DNA of 64,000 bases from Candidatus Dormiibacterota bacterium. Its GTDB lineage: Bacteria > Chloroflexota > Dormibacteria > Aeolococcales > Aeolococcaceae. The notes under the pieces were generated by a model. That model searched no databases and was not told the origin of the DNA. It worked only from the letters and a program-made list of their open reading frames with translations. A program made the translations under genes and the position numbers. The DNA is taken from the NCBI GenBank assembly GCA_963697085.1, contig CAVOMR010000003.1:1026745-1090744 (forward strand), written 5' to 3'. Each line of letters begins with the position of its first letter. Position 1 is the stretch's first letter. This document shows, piece by piece, positions 20,088 through 26,844 of this stretch.

Positions 20088-21308
20088 TCAGGGTGGCGGT
20101 TCCACAACGGGAACCCCGTTGTCCATGCGGATGCGCCAGCCCTGCTCGTGCACAGCGCGGTGATGCCGCCGGCACAACGAGACCAGGTTGCCGAGCTCGG
20201 TCGGACCACCGTCCGCCCAGTGGATGATGTGATGCCCGTCAGTCCACGCCGGCGGACGATCGCATCCCGGGAAGCGGCAGCCGTTGTCGCGCAGGCAGAG
20301 CGCGGTCCGGATGTGCACCGGGATGGTGCGCGTCGCTCGTCCCACCGAGAGCGGCACCACCGGCGTCGTGACCGCCGAGAGCCAGGCATCGGCACCATCG
20401 GCGGGCGGCGCCACGCTCACCTCGGTCTTCACCGCGTCGCACGCGATCCGGCGCGCGGTTGCCGGGTGGATCGGGCCCACGCCCTGGAGCACCGCTGCCT
20501 CCGCATCGGCGCCGCTGCGCAGCGCCGCCGCACGCACCGTGACGGTGAGATGGGGACGCTGTCCGTGCACCTCGGGATGAGTCCGGCTGCGCAGCTGCGC
20601 GGCCGCAAGATCAACCAAAGCATCGGCACGACGCTGTGACGCCGAGCGCGTGTCTCCAGGACCTGGCATCTCCGTGACCGCATCGAGCAGGGTCTTGAGC
20701 AGGGCGCCGCCTTCGGCATCGAACTGGCCCTGCGCGAACCACTCGCCGCCATAGGTCTGGTCGAGGTTGAACCAGCGACGCTCGTGGGCGCGGTTGTCGG
20801 CGGCGAGCACGCCATCGGGATCGACCCGGAGCCGGGCAGCCTGGATGACGGTGCGCATCGGCGCTGCCTCGAGCGTCTCCGCCGCGCCCACGAGGATGCG
20901 CTCGAGCGGGGCCACGTGTTCCACCCCGACATCCTTGGCGAGGTATGCGATCTGGGTCACGTTGCTCAAGGGCGCGAGACCGGCCCGAGCGCTGTCGAGC
21001 GCCGCCGGCAACTCATGCAACGTCCGCGCCAGATGCACGCGTTCCGCGGCCGCCTTCCCGGTCATGGCGCAATGGCTGCGCACCCAGGAGGTTGTGCTCA
21101 CCCCGCCGTCGGCGAGGGCTCCGTGGGCGCGATCGAAGCGCCCCAAGCGGCGGAGACACTCGGCTTCGAGCCGATCGATCTCGCGCCGGATGTCGACCAC
21201 GTCCGTGCCCAGCGCGTGCGTCGAGAACCCGTCGATGGACTCATCGACGAGTGCATCGACCGCCGCACGCACGGCGTCCTTGGCATCGGGGATTGCGAAC
21301 GCTTCCAT
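20088..21308 (-). CDS. DUF222 / HNH endonuclease-domain protein (13E12-repeat-type)
   Basis: N-terminal DUF222-like IDGFSTHALGTDVVDIRREIDRLEAECLRRLGRFD. The C-terminal HNH is CRFPGCDRPPAWTDGHHIIHWADGGPTELGNLVSLCRRHHRAVHEQGW. Confidence 0.85.
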   Translation of the reverse strand: MEAFAIPDAKDAVRAAVDALVDESIDGFSTHALGTDVVDIRREIDRLEAECLRRLGRFDRAHGALADGGVSTTSWVRSHCAMTGKAAAERVHLARTLHELPAALDSARAGLAPLSNVTQIAYLAKDVGVEHVAPLERILVGAAETLEAAPMRTVIQAARLRVDPDGVLAADNRAHERRWFNLDQTYGGEWFAQGQFDAEGGALLKTLLDAVTEMPGPGDTRSASQRRADALVDLAAAQLRSRTHPEVHGQRPHLTVTVRAAALRSGADAEAAVLQGVGPIHPATARRIACDAVKTEVSVAPPADGADAWLSAVTTPVVPLSVGRATRTIPVHIRTALCLRDNGCRFPGCDRPPAWTDGHHIIHWADGGPTELGNLVSLCRRHHRAVHEQGWRIRMDNGVPVVEPPP

Positions 21309-21486
21309 TCACAAGAGTATACCAAACACCTGTTCGCCGATGCGTGAAATCAACACGGACAAACTAAGGCCGCCACAGGTTTAAGTCATTAGCGGCAATA
21401 ACACATTGACGCGCGCGTGGCGCCGAATCAATGTGGTCGGATCAGCGGGACAACCCACCGCGCACCAGAGCGTCCCGCAGTGGAGA

Positions 21487-22365
21487 TCAGCTCGGACAGT
21501 CCTCAGCGAACTGAAGTTGAAAGGCGAGAGGAAGCGACAGGCTCTCCACTCGCGAGAACCAGCCCACCTGCACCTCCAGATTCAGTTGGTCACTACCCGT
21601 TTCGACGGAGCTCGCCATGTTGCACGGGTCCGTCTTCCACATCACCCTGATGAAGCGGAACTGGCCCGGCAGAATGGTCTGCCGCGCCGTGAAATACAGT
21701 CTCCCCGGGTACCCACCCCCGTAGTCGCCGTATGTGGACACGGCCACTGAAACGTCCGTGACTCCCGCCATCCCGACCAACCCTGTTGGGCTCTCCGTGG
21801 AGGTGGCAAGGCCAACTACGGTCTGAGCGGCGCTGCTCGGGTTCTCCACCTGCACCACGAACCCCTGCCACTGCCCGTCGCGAGCGGGAACAGTGGTGGC
21901 CTGCGCGCCAAGTAAGGATGAGTTGACTGCTCGAGACTGGTCCTGCGGGTACAACCATGCTGACGACCCGCCGAAGGTGAGGCTCGGCGTTGTCAGGTAC
22001 AGGCCAAGCCACGTCGTCAGCACGCAAGCCACCGCCACGCCCACCGCGATCACCCCCCAGCCGCGCCGGCCGAACCGATTTCGGAGCCGCCGCTTGGGCG
22101 ATGTCGGGGCAGCCGCGGCCGGCGCCGACTCATCGAGACCTGCATCGGTCCGCGCTTCAGCGGCCAGCTTCGCAGGGGAACCGAGCCGCCGAAGGACGGC
22201 CGCCACCGTCTCGTCGCTACTGCCTCGCGGCAGAGCCTCGTCGAGGTGCGCGGTGATCTGCTCCATGAGCTCGGTCGCCTGCGGCGCCGGCAAATCCCGC
22301 AGCGCTCTCTCGAGCTCAGCGAGATAGCCCGTGACGCGTTCATCCCGTTCCGCAACGCTGCTCAT
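21487..22365 (-). CDS. PadR-associated membrane protein (DUF1700-like N-terminal helical domain, one TM, extracytoplasmic domain)
   Basis: The start ATG 22365 overlaps the PadR stop (ATGA). The N-terminus is VTGYLAELERALRDLPAPQATELMEQITAHLDEAL and the TM is GWGVIAVGVAVACVLTTWLGLYL. Confidence 0.6.
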   Translation of the reverse strand: MSSVAERDERVTGYLAELERALRDLPAPQATELMEQITAHLDEALPRGSSDETVAAVLRRLGSPAKLAAEARTDAGLDESAPAAAAPTSPKRRLRNRFGRRGWGVIAVGVAVACVLTTWLGLYLTTPSLTFGGSSAWLYPQDQSRAVNSSLLGAQATTVPARDGQWQGFVVQVENPSSAAQTVVGLATSTESPTGLVGMAGVTDVSVAVSTYGDYGGGYPGRLYFTARQTILPGQFRFIRVMWKTDPCNMASSVETGSDQLNLEVQVGWFSRVESLSLPLAFQLQFAEDCPS

Positions 22366-22730
22366 CGGTCGCTCCTCAGAGCAACGAGAGCCGGGCTGCC
22401 GATCACCTCGGAGACCGTCGCTGAAAAGCGCGCCCACTCCTCCCGGAATGCGGCGAGGTGCATTCGGCCTGCCGCCGTGATCGAGTAGTAGCGGCGGGGG
22501 CGCTCCCGCGCCTCGTCGCGCCATTCGCTGGTGACCAACCCGGCGTCGCGCATCCGGTTGAGCAGCGGGTAGACCGTTCCCTCGCTGGTCAGCAGGTCGT
22601 CCGCGGACGACAGGTCACGGACAAGTTCGAGCCCGAAGCGGGTCCGCTCCTCCAGGAGGGCGAGGACGCACGGACCGAGCACCCCCCGACGCAGCTCGGT
22701 GAGGTCGCGGTCCTCGGTCATGCCTGACAT
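22362..22730 (-). CDS. PadR-family transcriptional regulator
   Basis: Winged-helix LGPCVLALLEERTRFGLELVRDL...EGTVYPLLNRMRDAGLVTSEW...RRYYSIT. The start is ATG 22730 or 22721. Confidence 0.85.
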   Translation of the reverse strand: MSGMTEDRDLTELRRGVLGPCVLALLEERTRFGLELVRDLSSADDLLTSEGTVYPLLNRMRDAGLVTSEWRDEARERPRRYYSITAAGRMHLAAFREEWARFSATVSEVIGSPALVALRSDR

Positions 22731-22798
22731 GGTATCTTGCGAGACAAGACTACACAAGGCGAATGCACGATTCGGCTCAGGTAATGCCATCGACGGCG

Positions 22799-24184
22799 TC
22801 AGTTGGTCTGCGCCGCCTGCAACTCCGCGCGCGTCTGCCCGCCCCAGGTCCACTCCGGGAACTGATCGGTCTCGCTCATCAGGCTGTTGTTCCCGGCCGC
22901 CACCTTCGCGGTCGCCGGATCGCTCCGGATGCTCGGGTCGTATGCCGGCGCTGTGAATCGCAACTGCGTGTCCGAATCGATGACGAACTGCGCGGGATAC
23001 GGCCCGACGGCAACCGAGTTCACGACCGACAGGTTCGACCCGGTCACGGTCACGGTCTCACCACCTGCCGTGCTCGAGCTGCCCTGCACGTCATAGCCGG
23101 TCACAACCGGTGCACGGTTGCTATCGCCCGGGGTCTGCGGCTGCTCCGGCGTCGCCGGAGCCGGCCCCTGCAGCTCGGCGCGGGTCTTGCCACCCCACGT
23201 CCACTCGGGAAACTGATCGGTCTCGCTCATCATGCTGTTGTTCCCGGCCGCCACCTTCGCGGTCGCCGGATCGCTCCGGATGCTCGGGTCGTACGCCGGC
23301 GCGGTGAACCGCAACTGCGTGTCCGAGTCGATGACGAACCCCGCGGGATACGGGCCGACCGCCACCGAGTTCGCGATCGACAGGTTCGACCCGGTCACGG
23401 TCACGGTCTCGCCACCTGCCGTGCTCGAGCTGCCCTGCACGTCATAGCCGGTCACGACCGGCGCACGGTTCGTATCGCCCGGGGTCTGCGGCTGCTCCGG
23501 CGTCGCCGGAGCCGGCCCCTGCAGCTCGGCGCGGGTCTGACCGCCCCAGGTCCACTCGGGAAACTGATCGGTCTCGCTCATCATGCTGTTGTTCCCGACC
23601 GACACCTTCGCGGTCGCGGGGTCGCTGCGGATGCTCGGGTCGTATGCCGGCGCGGTGAACCGCAATTGCGTGTCGGAATCGATGACGAACCCCGCGGGGT
23701 ACGGACCAACGGCAACCGAGTTCGCGACCGACAGGTTCGACCCGGTGACCGTCACCACCTCGCCGCCAGCAGTCGATGCGCTGCCCTGCACGTCATAGCC
23801 GGTCACGACCGGTGCACGGTTGGCATCGCCCGGGGTCTGCGGCTGCTCCGGCGTCGCGGGAGCCGGCCCCTGCAGCTCCGCGCGCGTCTTGCCGCCCCAG
23901 GTCCACTCCGGGAACTGGTCGGTCTCGCTCATCATGCTGTTGTTCCCGGCCGAAACCTTCGCGGTCGCCGGATCGCTCCGGATGCTGGGGTCGTACGCCG
24001 GCGCGGTGAAGCGCAGCTGCGTGTCGGAATCGATCACGAACCCGGCCGGGTACGGACCAACCGCCACCGAGTTGACGACCGACAGGTTCGACCCGGTCAC
24101 CGTGACCACCTCGCCGCCCGAAGTCGACGCGCTGCCCTGCACGTCGTAGCTCGTGATGACCGGGGGTTGGTTGGGATCCGCCAC
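22799..24184 (-). CDS. repeat protein: four tandem 117-aa units, each an IPT/TIG-like Ig domain plus a DQFPEWTWGG module. No signal peptide is evident.
   Basis: The unit is APVVTGYDVQGSSSTAGGETVTVTGSNLS..NSVAVGPYPA.FVIDSDTQLRFTAPAYDPSIRSDPATAKV.AGNNSMMSETDQFPEWTWGG.TRAELQGPAPATPEQPQTPGD.NR. It is repeated four times at more than 90% identity. Confidence 0.7.
   Translation of the reverse strand: MADPNQPPVITSYDVQGSASTSGGEVVTVTGSNLSVVNSVAVGPYPAGFVIDSDTQLRFTAPAYDPSIRSDPATAKVSAGNNSMMSETDQFPEWTWGGKTRAELQGPAPATPEQPQTPGDANRAPVVTGYDVQGSASTAGGEVVTVTGSNLSVANSVAVGPYPAGFVIDSDTQLRFTAPAYDPSIRSDPATAKVSVGNNSMMSETDQFPEWTWGGQTRAELQGPAPATPEQPQTPGDTNRAPVVTGYDVQGSSSTAGGETVTVTGSNLSIANSVAVGPYPAGFVIDSDTQLRFTAPAYDPSIRSDPATAKVAAGNNSMMSETDQFPEWTWGGKTRAELQGPAPATPEQPQTPGDSNRAPVVTGYDVQGSSSTAGGETVTVTGSNLSVVNSVAVGPYPAQFVIDSDTQLRFTAPAYDPSIRSDPATAKVAAGNNSLMSETDQFPEWTWGGQTRAELQAAQTN
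22799..24184. repeat. tandem DNA repeat, 351-bp period, about 3.95 copies (coding)
   Basis: The same sequence landmark recurs at 22890, 23241, 23592 and 23943, exactly 351 bp apart. Confidence 0.85.
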
Positions 24185-24399
24185 GTTCTCTCCTCCTGGT
24201 GACCCTGGCCGTCGGTCACCTGCTCTCCTCGGTGCGGAGTCTCGCGCACCGGAGCAGGCACCTGCTTCGTGGCCGGCCCGGCTTAGAATGCCGCTTCAGC
24301 GCGGGGAACTCCGATGCACGTCAGCTCGTGGGAGGTTGAGCATGACCGACATTCCGCACGACGCACGGCGTCATCGCGACGCTGGACACTGACCGAGTC

Positions 24400-25365
24400 G
24401 TGCGCTCCCCCAGTCGCGTCGCCCGCGCAGGTGTGACTCTCGTTGCATGCCTCGCGCTGTTCGCGTGCGGGAGCTCCGCGCCGGCGATCACGCCGGCGAC
24501 GCGGGTGTCGCCGACTCCGGTGCCCACGCCGACACCCGCACCCACCGTTGCGACCACACCGACGCCTGCGAGCGGCGTCCCGATCACGCAGCTGCTCACG
24601 AAGTGCCCGCCGCCGCGCGCGTTCTCATCGCTGCAGCGATTCGCCAGCGTGAGCGGCGCAGGCGATGTCGATGTCGCGTCCGACGGCAGCGTCTGGGTGT
24701 CGACCGGCGCGCGCGGTGTCATCGCGCATCTCTCCGAGTCGGGCGCGGCCATGGCGTCGTACAACGAGCCAACCCCGCAGGGGCTCGTCGTCCTCGCAAG
24801 CGGGGACGTGCTGTTCGCTGACCAGGGTGCGGACAGAATCGACGAGCTCAACCCCTCCACGCTCGCGGTCACGACGTTCCTGCAGCTCACACCCCGCTCG
24901 GGTCAGCCGAACGTCGACGGACTTGGCGTCGATGTCGCGAAGGGATTGCTGCTCGTGCCGGATACCGCGCAGGGTCAGTTGCTCTCCGTCCCTCTGTCCG
25001 GTGGCGGGTCGACCGTCCTCGGGACCGGGGTTCCGTCACCGGTCGACGCCGCGGTGGGGCCGGGTAACGTCATCGAGATCGCGTCGTCATCGATCGCCGC
25101 CCTGCTGTCGATGCCGGCGACCGGTGGTACGGCAAAACCGTACGGCCTCTCACTGCATCTCTCGGCAGTCGTCGTCAGCGGGAATCTCGTGTACTTCACC
25201 GCGCCGCCGTCCAAACGCGTCTACGCGTTCAACCCCGCGACAGGGCACACCGCGGTGCTCGTCACGGCCATCCCCAACCCGGAAGGGCTCGCGCTGCTCA
25301 ACGACGGCCGCCTGGTCGTGTCCGACGAGACGACGGGGATGCTCGCGTCATTTCCCCACTGCTGA
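24400..25365 (+). CDS. lipoprotein with a beta-propeller (NHL/SMP-30-like) domain
   Basis: The signal peptide has lipobox VACLALFAC-GSS, followed by a Pro/Thr linker. Repeated strand-rich blades include DGSVWVS, SGDVLFAD, GLLLVPD and GRLVVSDE. Confidence 0.6.
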   Translation: MRSPSRVARAGVTLVACLALFACGSSAPAITPATRVSPTPVPTPTPAPTVATTPTPASGVPITQLLTKCPPPRAFSSLQRFASVSGAGDVDVASDGSVWVSTGARGVIAHLSESGAAMASYNEPTPQGLVVLASGDVLFADQGADRIDELNPSTLAVTTFLQLTPRSGQPNVDGLGVDVAKGLLLVPDTAQGQLLSVPLSGGGSTVLGTGVPSPVDAAVGPGNVIEIASSSIAALLSMPATGGTAKPYGLSLHLSAVVVSGNLVYFTAPPSKRVYAFNPATGHTAVLVTAIPNPEGLALLNDGRLVVSDETTGMLASFPHC

Positions 25366-25488
25366 CGGTGCGCGTGTGACAACCGCCCGACACCCTATTG
25401 ACCCGGTGATCGGCCGCCTGTCAGCATGGCGTCGCCGCTCCGTGGCAGCGGCTGTTCGCTGCGGGAGTCGGAGAGAGGCATCACGTCG

Positions 25489-26832
25489 TTGAAGACGCAT
25501 GCCACCGGGTGGCACACGCGCCCCGTACGTGTCGCGTGCACGGTGCTGGGCACGATCGCGCTCGCCGGCGCCACCCTGCATCCGGTCAACGCGCAGGCAC
25601 CCAAGCTGCCGGTTGCGGCGTCGTGCCCCGTCGCGACAAGCCCGATGAACTTCGCGTTCACCGGAGGCGAGCAGTGCTTCACCGTGCCACCCGGGGTGCG
25701 CGAGATCGAAGCCGGGCTCGTCGCCGGCTTCGGGGGCACCGGGTACAACCCGGCAGCCGGGTCGCCGCTCGGCGGCAACGGCGCGACCGTCATCGCCAAC
25801 GTCACGGTGACCCCCGGTCAGATCCTCTACGTCGAAGTTGGTGGCTCCGGGTATCCCGGAGGTTCGCCCGGCGCAATCGACTCGGCAGGATTCGGTGGAG
25901 GCAACGGCGGCGGCAACGGCGGCACGTCGCAGCTCGCCAAGGGTCAGCCGCGGGCCGGAGGAGGCGGTGGTGAAACCGACCTGCGCGCCGAGCCCTATGC
26001 GGCGTGCGGTACCAGCGCGGTGGCGGTCGCCTCACTGGCATCCCGGATCCTCGTCGCCGGGGGCGGTGGTGGCGGCGGTGAGACCAACGACAACAGCGAC
26101 GGCGACGGCGGCGGCCGGGGTGGGCAGGCCAACATCACCGCGCAGCCGGGCGCCGACGGAACGTTCGAGAGCGGCATGGACGGCCGGGGCGGCGCCGTCG
26201 CGACCGCGACTGCGGGCGGAGCCGGCGGCGCCGCAGGTTCGGTCGGAGGCACCCCGGGCGCACCCGGCACGCCGGGATGCGGCGGTGCGGGTGGTAACGG
26301 AACCGGCGGCGGCGGCGGTGGCGGCGGCTACCTCGGCGGCGGCGGCGGTGGCGGCGGGGCCGAGGGGTCCGGCGGATCCGGCGCGGGCGGCGGTGGCGCC
26401 GGCGGCACGAACTACGCGAACCCGCTCATGACCTGCGATGCCACCTCCGGAACGCAGCTCCTGGCTTCGGCGCGCACCGAGCCGCACGCGGTGATCCTCT
26501 TCCCTCCCCAGACGCCGTGTCCGACGCTCACGTTCGAGCCTGAGGTCTCGAGCGGTGGTTTCGTGGTCACCGCGGTCGGCACGGGCTGGGCGCCGAAGGT
26601 GCCCATCACCCTGTCCTGGGGTGAGCTCGGGTCGATCCCCACGAACGTGGCCGTGGGAACGATCACGCCGGCGACCGGCTCCTTCACGTTCCCGATCGTT
26701 CTGATGACCCACGATGAGGTCGGGCAGCGAGCGCTCGTCGCCAAGCAGTTCGCCGCGGGTCTCAGCAACGTCGCCTTCATGCTGTTGACGGTCTCGCCCG
26801 AGGAGCCGCCGACCTTCCTGTTCAGGCGCTGA
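25489..26832 (+). CDS. secreted glycine-rich-domain protein (bacterial 'glycine rich protein' family, ALK/LTK GRD-like) with a C-terminal Ig-like domain
   Basis: A TTG start at 25489 follows GGAGAGAGG, and the ORF is open from 25426. The signal peptide is VACTVLGTIALAGATLHPVNAQA. It is followed by FTGGEQCFTVPPGVREIEAGLVAGFGGTGY...GGNGATVIANVTVTPGQILYVEVGGSG and then long poly-Gly tracts. Confidence 0.55.
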   Translation: MKTHATGWHTRPVRVACTVLGTIALAGATLHPVNAQAPKLPVAASCPVATSPMNFAFTGGEQCFTVPPGVREIEAGLVAGFGGTGYNPAAGSPLGGNGATVIANVTVTPGQILYVEVGGSGYPGGSPGAIDSAGFGGGNGGGNGGTSQLAKGQPRAGGGGGETDLRAEPYAACGTSAVAVASLASRILVAGGGGGGGETNDNSDGDGGGRGGQANITAQPGADGTFESGMDGRGGAVATATAGGAGGAAGSVGGTPGAPGTPGCGGAGGNGTGGGGGGGGYLGGGGGGGGAEGSGGSGAGGGGAGGTNYANPLMTCDATSGTQLLASARTEPHAVILFPPQTPCPTLTFEPEVSSGGFVVTAVGTGWAPKVPITLSWGELGSIPTNVAVGTITPATGSFTFPIVLMTHDEVGQRALVAKQFAAGLSNVAFMLLTVSPEEPPTFLFRR

Positions 26833-26844
26833 GGCACCGACGAC

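Noticed and set aside
24153-24392. The 79-aa ORF in the divergent intergenic region could be a gene.
   Set aside because: Its composition is Arg/Pro/Ala-rich and shadow-like. It has no RBS at its start and lies in a promoter region between divergent genes. Only its last 16 codons, the mini-ORF reported separately, have a plausible RBS.
25900-26420. GGC-rich and CCG-rich periodic DNA at 25900-26420 and 31806-32367 could be a CRISPR-like or non-coding repeat array.
   Set aside because: Both regions lie inside long ORFs and encode poly-Gly or Pro/Ser low-complexity tracts. There is no alternation of conserved repeats with unique spacers.
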